A stretch of 64,000 bases of DNA, taken from NCBI GenBank assembly GCA_016748015.1, contig JAAOMT010000627.1:186001-250000 (forward strand), given 5' to 3'. Below the pieces are notes generated by a model, which saw only the letters and a list, made by a program, of their open reading frames with translations, searched no databases and was not told the origin of the DNA. The position numbers and the translations under genes are program-made. Numbering within the stretch: the stretch's first letter is position 1; every line of letters begins with the position of its first letter. Positions 49,887-63,784 of this stretch are shown here, piece by piece. This DNA is from Geosiphon pyriformis uo1. Lineage: Eukaryota; Fungi; Glomeromycota.

Positions 49887-52703
49887 TCATTCCAGCTTTT
49901 CGATATCAATCTTCGCATTTTCAAGTAAAACCTTTACTTGTTGTATGGAAAAATCTGATGGGTTTGTCTCTCTGAACTTTCTCCAGATTTTGAGAATTTT
50001 AGGTAGTTTACTTCCATTAGTCACCAGAGCTTTTATAATTATTTTATAAGAACTTTCTAGCATAATTCTAGAATCTACGAGCTCTATTTTCTCCCATATT
50101 TTTATTATATAGTCCCAATTTTCAAGATTTAATAAGTGGTTGAGAATAATATGAAGACTATTCTGGTCAGCTGGGGGCAAAGGTGAAGTGAGTCTTGCGG
50201 TTTTTGATGGTGGAATTCTCCGTGAATTGGGAAATATTATGTGAAATGGTAATCTCTTATCACTGGATAGCATCTCCATGAAAATGTCGTACGCAAGCTC
50301 GGCAACATTCGGCCGCTTGACTAATTTCTCAAGTAATTGATTATACGATTCGGTATTACGTTCAAAATCATAGGTATTTAGGATAGTTTTTACAGCAACA
50401 TGATCTAATGTGCGTCCTCTCCTGATCATTTCATCGTAAATAGATTTTTGCTTTCCAGAATATTGTCTGTAGGCCTTCATGAGTGCAGTGAACGCGATTC
50501 TATCAATAGGAAACCCGCGGATCTCCATATAATCAAAAATATCCTGAGCTTTCTTAAGGTCGTGTCTTTGAGCATACATTTCCAATAGAGAAGTATAAAC
50601 GACGATGTCGGGCTCTATCCCCGCATTTTTCATCTCCTCAAATTCTTTACCGGCTTTATCATATTCCCTTACAGCTGTATATCCATTGATCAATGTTGTA
50701 TATAGCTCCAAGTCTTTCTGAATTCCAAAGTTCTGCATCTTTTCAACAACTTTTTCGGCCATGTCAATATCTTTTTGTTTCACATATGCTTCAACCAAAA
50801 CCTTGTAAATAAATTTGTTAGGAATAAGACCCTTAGAATGCATCTTGTAGAAAGATTCTTTTGCGCTTTCCATATCATTACGTTGAATGAAATTTCTTAT
50901 CAAAATTGCAAATGTACCAACATCCATTCTGATACCATTAAACTTCATCTCTCGAATGATAGCGTCAACCTCTGTTTCTCGAGAACTAGCTTGCGTTAGC
51001 CAATTTGAAGATTCTGTGAATGTCCTAAAATCTTTTTGAGCTGCCATAGCCAACATAATCTTGAATGTTCGACCAGTTGGGCGTACACATTGATTTAACA
51101 TTTGCTCATATTGAAAAATGACCTTCTCAAAAGCATCATCATCTTGTTGTTTCTTTATGTATGACATTATTGTATTATATGTGACATTATTTGGTGCTAT
51201 GTTGTATTCTTTCATCTCTTTAAATATATCACCGATCGATAACATACCATGACATTCGAGATAACCTTTTAAAAGTGTGTTAAATACACCTATGTTAGGT
51301 AAAATCCCTTGAGCCCTCATTTCTCGAAAATATTTTCGCGCTTTCTCAAGATTTCCAATCTTCACATAACCGCTGATAATGGTAGCGTAAGTAATAGCGT
51401 CGGGAGCAAGACCTATTTTCGAAAGCCCCTGCAATGTATTTTGTGCTGCTTCAAAATCTTTCGTTTTGATGTACATATTGATTAGTATATTGAAAGTCCA
51501 AAGATTGGGTCTTGTTCCAGTAAAATTTAATCTTTCAAAAACCTCCAAAACATTTTTCTCCCTTCCTAAACGAGCATAAGAAGCCATCAATGTAGTAAAA
51601 GTGTCCACTTCAGGCTTGAGATTCAAATCAAAGATTTTATTATAAAGTTTTTCAGCGGCCTCGACTCTATCGTACTTGCAGTATCCTGCCATTAAAGTAT
51701 TGATAGTGACAAGATCCGGTTTAAGACCATTTTCTTGCATGTTATCAAGACATTTCATTGCACCAACAATATCGTCTTGTTGCAAGTATCCATGTATCAA
51801 TATGTTATACGAGACTTCATTAGGTTGTATACCTTCCTTTTTCATTTCCTCCATTAATCGAAATGCACCAATGCAATCCATTTCTCGCGTGTATGCTGAA
51901 AGAATTGAATTATAAACCATAACATTTGGTTGAACCGATCCTTTTTTTAATCCTTGGAATATTTGAATGGCACGACGGGCTCTTCCAGTACTTACATATG
52001 TGGATATAAGTGCGGTAAAAGTAAAAATATCTGGTTGAATATTTTTTATTGTCATTTCACGTAAAATTGATTCTGCCGTCTTATACTTTTCCCATCGCCC
52101 ATAGAGATGCAACATCATATTGTATACTCTATTATTCAATTCTAATTTAGCCTCTCGAATATCTCCACGAATTATACGTAAACAATCTACTACGAAAGAG
52201 CCGCTTTCACATACTTTTAGATTTAGAAGCAGTTGCATATAGTCCCAATCGTTCAGCAAATGCATTGCATCTTTTGCCGATATTTGACAGTATGTGTGCC
52301 AAATCTTTTCAGTGGTCCCACCTATTCTCAGGTGCTGACGAAGGGTCTCAACTAATTCATGTGCTTCTTTTAAAACTTCGTCAAGCTTTATCCGTTTAGC
52401 AGGGGATGGTGAATTTTCATCACTTTCGACGATATCTCTTCTTTGTTCTTTTTGAGGTTCATTTGAAAGTGAAAGCTTTACGTATTTACGCCTGAAACCT
52501 AAACGACTAGCAACTAATTTCCGAGTTTCTTGTCTATTTTCTTTAGAGGATCCAAGTAATTCACACTCTCGCGAAATGGACGACAAAGTAAAAAAGGTAG
52601 CTTTTATAGGAGAACAAGGTCGTTTGATATGGCGAGACATTGAAGGCAATAGGGTAATTCCAAGATTTATGATTACCCTAGACAAGGTGACCATAGTATG
52701 CAT
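49887..52703 (-). CDS. Pentatricopeptide-repeat (PPR) protein, 938 aa, intronless, probably mitochondrial
   Basis: Many tandem 35-aa repeats (PDIFTFTALISTY, PNVMVYNSILSAY, PNEVSYNILIHGY, PDAITYATIISGY); basic, Ser/Thr-rich N-terminus lacking acidic residues. Confidence 0.93.
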   Translation of the reverse strand: MHTMVTLSRVIINLGITLLPSMSRHIKRPCSPIKATFFTLSSISRECELLGSSKENRQETRKLVASRLGFRRKYVKLSLSNEPQKEQRRDIVESDENSPSPAKRIKLDEVLKEAHELVETLRQHLRIGGTTEKIWHTYCQISAKDAMHLLNDWDYMQLLLNLKVCESGSFVVDCLRIIRGDIREAKLELNNRVYNMMLHLYGRWEKYKTAESILREMTIKNIQPDIFTFTALISTYVSTGRARRAIQIFQGLKKGSVQPNVMVYNSILSAYTREMDCIGAFRLMEEMKKEGIQPNEVSYNILIHGYLQQDDIVGAMKCLDNMQENGLKPDLVTINTLMAGYCKYDRVEAAEKLYNKIFDLNLKPEVDTFTTLMASYARLGREKNVLEVFERLNFTGTRPNLWTFNILINMYIKTKDFEAAQNTLQGLSKIGLAPDAITYATIISGYVKIGNLEKARKYFREMRAQGILPNIGVFNTLLKGYLECHGMLSIGDIFKEMKEYNIAPNNVTYNTIMSYIKKQQDDDAFEKVIFQYEQMLNQCVRPTGRTFKIMLAMAAQKDFRTFTESSNWLTQASSRETEVDAIIREMKFNGIRMDVGTFAILIRNFIQRNDMESAKESFYKMHSKGLIPNKFIYKVLVEAYVKQKDIDMAEKVVEKMQNFGIQKDLELYTTLINGYTAVREYDKAGKEFEEMKNAGIEPDIVVYTSLLEMYAQRHDLKKAQDIFDYMEIRGFPIDRIAFTALMKAYRQYSGKQKSIYDEMIRRGRTLDHVAVKTILNTYDFERNTESYNQLLEKLVKRPNVAELAYDIFMEMLSSDKRLPFHIIFPNSRRIPPSKTARLTSPLPPADQNSLHIILNHLLNLENWDYIIKIWEKIELVDSRIMLESSYKIIIKALVTNGSKLPKILKIWRKFRETNPSDFSIQQVKVLLENAKIDIEKLE

Positions 52704-53709
52704 TGAAACCCTGGTGGAGGATAAACCTCGCTACAAACAAAATAAATAATTGTAGTCTAAATATTAATTACAAGATATTAAATTATAAATAATTTTATTT
52801 TTTTTAAATTAAAAAAAAGTTGAAAATATAACAAATAATTTAATTTTAAAAATTTATATATATTAAAATTATATTAAATTTTGCTTTGATTTTTATTAAT
52901 TTTGAAATTATATAATTATTTTATTTAATATTAAAATTAGTTAAATTAAAATTATAAATATTAATATTGAATATTTTTCTTAAAGTAAAATTATATTTTT
53001 AATTAATTTACAAAATATTTCAATTGTAATTTATAATAACAAAATATAATTGTATAATGTTTATTATAATATTACAAAAAATAACCAAGCTTGAGTAATA
53101 ATAAAACTGGTCATGATTAGTCAGAAATTTTGCACCTTTTCACTAAATTTGGAACACCAAAGTTATAGTCACAGCCCCATCGTCGGCTATTGTGCCACTT
53201 TACCTTTTATTGGGAAAGGTATTTGAAAACGCGCTATCCATTTTGACGTACGGTATCACCAACATAAAGTTCACAACCCAACCTCGCCGACCACTCAAAT
53301 TATAGCTATTCGTTGGTTGAACCTTCAACTTGGTATGTTACAAACATTTGTTTCGATACTGTAGCTTTAACTGACGAGGGTACCTTAAGAGAAATATTCT
53401 TGAACTATCAATTTCACTTTTGAACAACCACAAGCTTGTTCTTTCCCAACCTTCCAGTATTAAATCTAGTCTAGCTACTTTGATTTCGAGCTGGTGTGAA
53501 AGGTAATACAAAAACAATTATTCAATTCAATTACCGTCAGTTGTCAACATCCTTTTGAATTTGTGGTGCGTTCTTACAATTTGCTGAACACGCCAATCTT
53601 ACAGATTGCTTTAAATATCCCCACCGTTTTTCCCTTATTCCTATTACAAAACTAAGAGTAAAATATAGTCGCCCAACTTTAGGACTTATCCCAAGAATCT
53701 TTTTTATAC

Positions 53710-55249
53710 ATGGCCACTAAAGCTGCATATAAACGGTTAACAAAAGAATATGTGTCTTTCCAAAAAGTAAGCTTTTATGAACATTCAAACTCACAATTCA
53801 AGTCTAACTTTCTGAACCATATTACTAGAATCCACCACCATACTTAATGGCAAAGCCTTTGGAAAATAATATTCTTGAATGGTGGGTTATATGCTAAATA
53901 CTTTTGTTTTAATTTATAGATTTAAGAGCCTTCTCACGATGTAATGGCCCGGATTAATTTAAATTAGTAATTTGATGGGGACTGTTGGGGACAAGATATA
54001 TGATTATCTTTTTGCTAAATTACTTACTGGACTACAATAATGAGAAGGAGTTGATGCATTTTTTGGGGAGTTGATAGCTAAAGTTTCTCGTCTCTCACAC
54101 AACACTTGGTATAATTTTTGTATTAGGCATTATGTCATTCGTGGGCCCCCTGATACTCCTTATCACAATGGAGAATACCATGGTAGGAATTTGATACTTT
54201 TTATATATCATTTTATAATCAAACCATTTTAATTCAAATCTGGAGTTTTTTTGTCTAGGTGTGTTGAACTTTCCACCAGAATATCCATATAAACCGCCCG
54301 CTATTCGTATGACAACTCCATCTGGTACCCCATCTTAAATTACATACATACATATATATATATATAACTAGAATTTAAAAGCTAATATGCACTAATTATT
54401 TATTCAAATAAGGTCGATTCCAACCTGACGCTCGATTATGTCTGTCAATGTCAGATTTTCATCCGAGTACCTGGAATCCGGGTTGGAGTGTTGCAACAAT
54501 ATTGACAGGGTTGTTGAGTTTTATGGTAGGTTTACACTTGAAGACTAGGTTGTAATATCTAAATAATCAAAAGGTAGTCATAATTCACATTTGATTTCAG
54601 TGCGGCAATGAGGCCACAACAGGTAGTATTAAAACAACTGATGCTGACAAAAAGATATACGCCGCTCGGTCACATCAATACAATATAAATGACCCAAAAT
54701 TTAAAGGTATTGCCTGGTTCAAATTTGTAATTTCGTCTAAAATGCTTGCAAAAGTTATTTATTGATACATTAAAATTGTTTTTCTTTAAACGGGTAATAT
54801 TAGAGATCTTCCCAGAACTTTGTCTACCAGAGGCAGTTGTCGTTGAAATACTTTATCCTATGAACCCCTCCTCAACTTCTAAAACCATTTCTGTTAACTC
54901 TCCAAATGACCAAACCGCCAAAGTAGCAACGCAATTTGATTTCAAAGATTTAAACCGACTCAATCCAGCTACGACTATCCAACAAAGAGAAGCTACCCAA
55001 CGACTCAAAAATAATCGGGGAGAAAATCCGCCAACATCATCAAACACGCTCGGGAACAACGCACCCAACAATCCTTTAAATGTACACAACAATAATAATA
55101 ATATTGGAGGTCAGCAACGCATTTTTGATCAATGGCGCAAGTGGCTGATATTTTTGCTTTTGTGTTTATATCTTGTGATCACCAAATTGCTAGCTCGAAG
55201 CTCTGAAACCGTTTCAGTCAGTGGTACCAATGGAGCAGGTGGAATATGA
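53710..55249 (+). CDS. UBC6: ER tail-anchored ubiquitin-conjugating enzyme E2 (Ubc6/UBE2J2), 7 exons
   Basis: [52 protein letters not shown], active-site [29 protein letters not shown]; C-terminal TM segment [17 protein letters not shown]; six GT-AG introns. Confidence 0.95.
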
Positions 55250-57082
55250 AAAGTATATCCAATCTTGAATAATTCTGGAGGATTTCAAACTATTATCTCA
55301 ACATTATAGTCGAGTCGTGAACTCTCAAAGAATATCTTTTTCCTGCTTCTGCTTTTCCCCTTTTTCATCTAAATACGAAGATCATCGTCTATTTTTTCCA
55401 ATATTAGCTATGATCATATCAGGTACAACTTGTCACCTTTTGTCATCCCTCGAGTATTCGGTGTAAGTTATTGTGTCTTATACAATTCACAATCTATAAC
55501 ACATTTTATCCGGACAGAACATTTTATGGCTCATAATTTCCTAAAAAAAAGTGAAAACATTACCACGGCATCATGAATTGTTATTTTATCCTTAATATTT
55601 TAAAACTAAAATGTTGATTACCTGGTCCGAAAAAATTTTACCATGTCGTTTCATGCGGTTTCAAGCATTAATCGTCGATATTGATAAAATAATTCCCAGC
55701 CCAATGAATATTTTTGTTTTGAATAAATTCTTATCTGTTTAGTTTATTAAGCCATGTGGACGGCTTTGCACAAAACTTTTCATATTTTCAAACAATATGT
55801 TAACCAATGTAATCTTTTAATTTAAATCTACTCAAAATAAATTTGATTAGTTAAAGTGTTAATATATTTAGGTTAATAATATTCACATTTTCAAGACTTT
55901 GTTTACATTTTTATATTATTAAGCTTAGTTTTTTTAATGGATTAAGTATTGAAGTTTTAATGTTTACATTAACAGAAAAGAGATGATTATTTTAAGAAAA
56001 CTAAAAATTTCAGAATTTGTTAACTTTTTAAAGTTTTTATAATACCAGTTCATATTATTTATTTCTATTGGTTTTAAAATAGATTATTAAATAAAAGGTA
56101 AAATTCAAAATCCAATTATTAAAAAAAGTTTTTATAAATCAAAAATCAATTATTTAAAAAATAATTAAAACAATTATTAAAATAAATAATAATTATACTA
56201 GAAAAAAAAATTTAATTAATTATTAAAAGAAATTTTAAATATAAGTTATATTATTGTACCAATATAAAAATATTTTAAAATAAAATAAAAAAAATTATTT
56301 TCTTACATTTACAATTCTCTAAAAAGTTATTTTTTAAAAAAAAAAATTTTTATTTTTGTTATTATTTTTAATATTTATACTTTTATATTTTTTATTTAAA
56401 TAAAAAACTGCTATCAAATTTAATAGTATTATAAGTTTTAAATTTTGGCTTTGTTAATAAATTATTTTTTATACAAAAAAAATAGAAAAAAGTTTTTTTT
56501 AGAACCTAATAATAATAATACTGGTTTATTTTTTTATTTAATAGCTATTTTAATAAGTAATTTAAATAATACTAATATTAACAATACAATAAAAACAAAA
56601 AATTTTAATATAATAGTTATAAAACTATTAGAAATAATTAATTTTAATATTGTTAATAAATAATTTAAGTGCTTTTTTTCAAAATTAAAATCAATATATT
56701 TATTAAAAAATTCTTTATTTTAAATATTAATTTTTTAATTAATAATAAATTATTACAAAATAAATTAAAAAATTGTTCTTAAGTATATATAATTTTAAAA
56801 AATATTTATTTTTTTAAAATTTGGTAAAATTATTTGTGCAATTTTTATATTTAAATTAAAAATAATAAAAATTATAAATATAATAAATAATAATAATATA
56901 ATAATAAATATTATTTTTAAAATTTTAATAAACAATCATATAAATTAGGCTGTAATACTTAAAAAAATTCTTATAAAAATATTTATAAAAACTGTATTTA
57001 TTATATTATTTAAGTTTGACAATATTAAATTAAATAAAATACAATTAGTAAAATTTTAATAAAATATATTAATAAATAAAAA

Positions 57083-60000
57083 CTTCTTTTTTTCTTTTGT
57101 CCAAAATTCCCAAAAAAGAGTCAAAAGTTTTTTCTGAAAGAAGTTTTTTACAATTCAGTACAATAAATCTAAACTCTTTATTTTTGACTACGAAACTACT
57201 GTTGGCTGTAGTATTGCTATTATGAAGAAGACTACCAAAGGTTCTGGTTCTAATAATGGCTTCAGACCTGTTTTTCCAAGAAAAAAAAGGAGAGGTGATG
57301 TTTTAGAAGATGGTTCTGGTGGTAAAAATATTGGTCCTATAATTCAAAATAGTTATTCATAGAGTTCTGAGACTGGTGACACCACTGAGTCTAAGAGTAT
57401 TGACATAGAGAAAGAATGTCTGGTTGAGAAAACCAGTTTCGATTATGGTAAAGATAGTGCTCTTGCTGTAGGTGATCCTAATCAAACACCCACTGGTTCA
57501 AAGATCAGAACCACGAAGGTGTTAGGCAAACCACTAGAGAAGATTGATTTTTCATTAAATGGTGATAACAATAATGTTCTTTTGAATACTCTGCTGAAAC
57601 TCTCCCCACCTGTTAAAAATTTGGTCAATGTTTCTATTCGCAAATCCTTTGCTTTGGATATTGGTTTAGATAAGATTGCTGGAAAATTGTCTCAGGAGAA
57701 ACTGGCTATGGTCAGAAAATTATTTTCAAAAGTCAATAATTTTGGGGGGGTTTTTACCCCCTCAAAATTTGCTGGGATTATTAAAGCAACATTTACTTCC
57801 AAATTAAGTATGGCACAAGACTCAAAAAAGGCTGAAGAAACAAAGATCTTGGTAAACACCAATCTCAAAAAATCATCTGAGCATTCAAATTGGACTGTGG
57901 TGTTGAAAAAAATTCCAATTGGAACATCAATGAAGGCTGTGTGCATTGCGCTATCTGAGTTCAGATTAATTAAATCAATTAAGATGCAGTTAGTGGAGCT
58001 ATAGCAAAAAGTGGTGGTTGAATTTAAACAGATTGATCATGCTGATTTGGTTGTGGCAAAATGATCTATCCTAATTGAAAAAAATGCAGTGTGTGTTGCT
58101 AGATCTGATGTGAACAAAGAATCATAAGATGTGCAAGATGTTTACAAAGCTCTTTTGTATATTTTGCCAATGGGAACCAATGCACATAATATTTGAGATT
58201 ATATTGCTTCAGTGAATGGAAAATCTTGTGTAATTGACCATTATCTGGTTTTTTATGCCCGGACCAGATGCACTACTATTTGTTTTGATTCTGCTGAGTC
58301 ATTAGATGCTGTTATAAAAATCATGTCTGTTCTAAAAGAAGCCAATCTGCACTGGTCTCATTTTATTTTGGCCAAATATGCTGAGTGTGGAAAATTGGGC
58401 CATACATTATTAACTTGTCTTATTGGTGAGAAAAAAAATGTTTTTTCTGGTGCTCTATTAAGGAAAATTCTCTCAAACTCAGATAAAAATAGACTGGCTG
58501 TCATATACACCAAACATTTGGCTCCAGTTGCTTGTCTTGTTTCTTTTGGTGGTGTCTTATGAGCACAAATTGCTGGTGGGTCTTCTTTCTCTCCTCTTCT
58601 TATTTGGAATATTTTGTTGAAAGCTGGCTTCTTTTTGGAGTTGAAGCCTATTCTGCTGGTGTCTTTGGAATTAAATGATAGGTTTGTTACTCTTAAGCAC
58701 AGTCTTGCCAGTCTCACAGAGCATGTTGACATGCTGGTTAAGAGGTTGAACACACCTGGACCAACAGTTTCCCAGCTTAGCCCTGGACATCAGCCATTAG
58801 TAACCCCTTTATCACAGAATCAAGGGACAGATATAGTGATGAGTAAGAGTTTAGGTGTGGCCACTGGTGTAAAACTGTTGCAGGAGTGGTGGTTTTCAAT
58901 CTTATAGTTATCTCAAAAATAGAGAAAACATTAAACAATCTCTTAATCACAGTTATGAGTCTTTTGGCTAAAATAAACAATACTAGTTCAGTTTCTACCC
59001 CTCTTTTTACTCAATAAGTGATATGATCTGGAAAGTTGCGACTTGTAATATTAGAGAAATGAACAATCCTGCAAAACAGGATGATATCATTTATTGGCAT
59101 AAGAAAAAAGACAATTTAGTTTCTATTTTCATGGAATCAAAGTTAAAAAGAAAGATTTGCCCCTGGATTGTCAACAAATTTGATGGTGTACAAATGTTTA
59201 CTTCTGGTTTAGAATTTGATTATCTGAGTGTTGGTGTTGTGGTTGTCATAAACTCTTCTTTGGTGAAACATGTGTGCAAAATTTCAGAAGTGTCTGGTCA
59301 GCTCCTGTCTATCAAGCTGCTTTTCAAAAATAAACTTTCAGTGTCAATTTTGGGGCTTTACACTGGTGTCTCTTTGGTGGCTCAGTTTTCTTAAGCTGGC
59401 AATATCAATTCTCTTATAGCAAAGGCTGTCAATAAATCTTTTTTTGTCATTCTTGGAGGCAATTTTAATGAAGATGGTTCTGGTAAGTATGCAAGTTTCA
59501 AGAAATGCTTGGCTTTTGGTTTGGTTAATGCCTTGGGTGGGAGCTCTTGTGGGAAGTCACCAACTTGGTCTAATTTTTGAGGCATTGTTAAGACAATTGA
59601 TTATGTGCTCATTTTTTTGAACTTGGTCAATGTAGTAGTAGGTCGTGGCATGTTTAGTGTTGAGGAATATTTTGATACTGATCATCAGGCCGTCTCAGTG
59701 TTGGTGAGTTTAGGTAGTTTGCTCAATGTCAAATTAAATTCTGTTTGCAAACAAGCAAATAAGAATCATTAGAAGTACAATTGCAAAGATGTGGATAATA
59801 TTAAATGGACCAAATTTAAGGATGATACAGCAGCAAATACTGCTATGTTTTATGATGATTTTCTTATGGCCAGAATACACTCGGACTTGGATGCGATGTG
59901 GGTTGCTCTCAATAAAGTGTTATATCTGTTTGCTAAGGCAGTTTTTAAGAGGAAATGGTTCAAAGACTATGATCACATTTTTGTTAAAAAGTTATTCAAG

Positions 60001-63000
60001 TTTCATAAGCTGGAGCTCTTAGTGTTAAAGTTAGTTAAGACATTTCATTTGGATTCTTTTGGAGAATTTACATCTTTACTTGATAAGTGGGAGAGTTTGG
60101 ATTCAGTTAATGCTTCTGTGGTGAAGTTTTTTTTTCTGTCAGGCTCTTCCTTTGATACCATTTGGTCAGTTTTGTCCAAGATTAGAAAGTCATATTGCTT
60201 CTCTAAAATATTGAAAGCAAAACATATTAGAGAATCTAAAATCAGATCAGCAATAGATAAGAGAATGGAAAGTTTCAAATTAAACAAGAGTCATACTATT
60301 AAAAGTGTGCTGAAATGTCCCTTTTACAAAATAACTCTGGATCATCTGGTCATGGATGATGAATTGGTTTTGGAACCTGATCTGGTTAGAACCAAGATGG
60401 ATATAATCATAGAAGGATGGACTAGGAAGCACAATGTGGTTTCTGTTGTCCCTGGTGTATGGTGTTGCCAATATCAGCCTTTGGAGTATGTTTTTAATGA
60501 TGTTTTTTTTGGTGTAATGTGCTTAATTGACTTTGATGAGATGTCTAGTGTCATCTCAAATCTGCCTGATGAGAAAGTAGCTGGTCTCTCTGGTATCTCA
60601 AATGAGTTATAAAAACATTGTGACAGATTGGTTTTGGATATGCTTCTGGTGCTTTTGAACTTTTGTTTGGATTGCAAATCTGTTCCTGGGCCTTAAAAGA
60701 AGGCTTGGGTGTTGATGATCTCCAAACCATATGAGTGGAAAAGTGTTCTCATGAACACCTGTTCTATTGCTTTGATTAAGACAGCTCACAAAATTTTTTT
60801 CAAGATTTTTTTGAACAGGATTTTTTTTGCGTGCAGTAAGTTTAATGTTTTCAGAAGGAATAATTTTTCTGTTTTAAAAGGTATGTCCATACAGTCTCCT
60901 ATTTTTGCTATTGGATCAGTTATTGAAGACACTTTGGAAAAGAACCATAAGCTGTGACTGGTCTTGCAGAACATGTGAAAGACTTATGATTCTGTTAACT
61001 GGAAGCATCTAAGAAAGAGTTTAGTCAGAATAAAAATGTGTGACAAGTTCATTCAGTTTTTTGGTGGCATTTACAATGGTCGGGTCAACAGAGTTATGAC
61101 AGATTTTGGGTTGACTGATAAGTATTAGGTGCATAATGGTTTGGACCAAGAGAAGATGTTTTTTCCTTTTTTTTGGTGCATATTTTATGATCCTCTTTTG
61201 TGTGAAGTCAAGAGACAAGAAAATGTGTGTGAATACAGGTTGGACTTTCATTTCATGACCAGGACTGGTTACTCTGAATCTCAGACTGGTTTGACTTTTT
61301 TTCTCACTGTAGGTGCTTTTGTTGATGACACAATTTAGATTGGTAACAGCCAGGTTGCTATGCAACATATTCTCAATGTTGCTAGCAAATTTTTTTAGAT
61401 CAATAATATTTCGATTAATAATGACAAAATGGTGGCCATTTCTATTAATTGTAGAGTTTTTGATCTTTGTTTACTGATTAGTGGTTTGTCTATTTCGATA
61501 GCCAAGAAAGGGGAGTCTTATCAGTACTTGGGCATTTTTCTGTTTATTGAGAATTTGTTAAAATCTAGCTTAGCTAGAGCTCATCTGGATGTTCAGTTTT
61601 TCACCAATTTCATGCTGAGAAAAACTGTCTCTGACAAACAATTTTTATATTTGATGTTGGCAGTTTTTCACCTCATCATTGTCTACAGAATTCAGTTCAG
61701 TTTTGTTTTTATTAATGTATATATGAAGTGGAACACTATAATTCACAAGGGTTTAAAATCCAAATCTGGCTTGCCACTTGACTTTCTTAATGATGCTATT
61801 CACCATCTTTCTCTGTATGGTTTGAAGTTTTTCAATTAGGTTTAGGCTGAAGGCAAATTAGCTTCTATTGTCAGTTTTGCCAATTCTGTTGGTATTTTGG
61901 GCCGTTTGTTTGTGCATAGATCACATGACTTGCAGGTCCTCAGCTGGCACCCTCGCCACTCCTTGTTTTTCCCTTCTTATATTAATATTAATTCTTTGGA
62001 TAACTTTTTGGCTGGCATTGTCTGGGTTTTTTTGGGGTGCAATCTTTTTTTGGGTGGTCTCATGACCAATGTTTTTCATTTTCAGAATGGAATCCCTATG
62101 TCTGTTATTCTTGGTGAGCCCACCTTTTATAAATGTGTCTCTTCACTTTGGCATTATGGAATTGTCTTTGTTGAGCAGTTTCACAATCATACTGGTTCTG
62201 TTTTCAAATGGAGAACTTTCAAGCAGTAGAAAAAATTGGATCCTCAAGGCCCAGTTCCTCATTGGTTTGATATTTCTGTTCACTTTCTGAATAATTCTGG
62301 GCCATCTTCTGTTTGCAATCTTCTGTTGCCAGATGTTGGTTTGTCTAATGTTCTTGAGTCTCATAAGTTTGAAGTTGTGTGTGATCATTTGTTGAAGATT
62401 GATTCCAGTTATCTTTCTTTGTTTACAGATGGTTCTCTAAGTGGGCTGAATACTTTTGGTATGAAAGCTAGTACTGCTGTTTTTTTTGAGAACATTGATT
62501 TGAGTTTGGATGTGGAGGTATCCAGATTGGTTTTTTTTATTATGATGGAGTTGTAGGCTATTGCTTTGGCTCTTGAGTGTGTTCTTTCTTCTAGTTTGGT
62601 CACCTTGTTTTCAGACAGCCAGGCTGTTTTGGATGTGTGCAAATTAGAATCTATGTTGACTCATCCAGATTTCAGGAATTGGTGTTGGATTGAGCATTGC
62701 CATATTGCTAATGTCATTCATCGTAAGAATTTGAATATTAATTGGGTTAAAGTTAGGGGTTACTCTGGTGTTTTGGGCAATAAGTATGCTAACACTTTCA
62801 CTGAAGCTGCTGCATTCTCTGATATGCATCTTCCTCACATGATTGATGAATATTTTCTCAGAGCTAGTGATACTGGAGTGTCTGGTAGTTTTAAGCATTT
62901 TGTTTGTAATGTTTTCCAATCTGTTCACCATGTGCACTAAGAGGTTGGTTCTGGTTCCCGGGTCTTGGTGGATAGTCTGTGTGCTGATGTTGATTGGTCT

Positions 63001-63784
63001 AAATCTTTTTTGGTGTGGCATCTGGACTCTCATTTGGCTGCTGGTTTCACTAGTACTCAAACTGTTGGCTTTCGAATGTATTTTATAAAAGCATTGCATC
63101 ATCATTTTCTGGTTGCTGTGCATAAGCATCTTTATAATAGAAGTTACTCCAGTGTAATATGTTTATTTTGTAGTAATGTTGAGATCTTGAACCATGTGTT
63201 TTTTTGTCTATTTAATGCTGCTGGTCATGCTTAGTTGGTGAAAGTTTATGCATCTGCTTAGGAGACATGCTCGAGTTTATTTCGCTCTTCTTTGTGTGTT
63301 TTACAGTTGCTTTCTACTTGCATTTCTAATGTTGTTGTCAGTGCAGCCCTGTGTAAGGGCTTTGTTTTCAAGAAATAGTATTATGAATCTGTTGCTGTTT
63401 TTAAAGACTCTAAGATTGCAGCTTAGAATATTGTGGCCTTTGTGCATGAGTTTTGTCCTGCATTTTATAATGAAGTTTGGCTAGTACATACTAAGCACCA
63501 AACTGTTATGGAAAAAGATAGCATGATCCCACATGATGGTTCTGTTCCTGTTTCAATCTTTGGTTTCTCTTCAGTGCTTTCAGCTGATGTGGTTAGGTTG
63601 TTGGGTATTGCAGATGCATTTGGTATTAGCTTTGGGTTTTGTAAATCTTGTTTATTCTTTTCAGGTATAGGTAATATGATTTCAGTTCATATAAGTGTCT
63701 AGTGTTGTCTTGACTAGTCTGAATGGCTGGTTACATATAGAAAATGCATGATTCATACCTAGTTTAAATCACTTGTATAATATA
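57083..63784 (+). mobile_element. Full-length LINE L3 (second subfamily), decayed; 3' UTR interrupted before the poly(A)
   Basis: Same 5' end as L1/L2; ORF1 to 59017. ORF2 ~59014-63702 with WKVATCN, GGNFN, TDH, AFVDD, FTDGS, FSDSQA, KVRGYSG, CLFCSNVEILNHVFFC. Confidence 0.93.

Noticed and set aside
55900-57080. AT-rich tract as organellar or endosymbiont insertion; ORF 56445-56663
   Set aside because: No gene, tRNA or rRNA signal; the ORF is low-complexity N/K/I/F typical of AT-rich noise.
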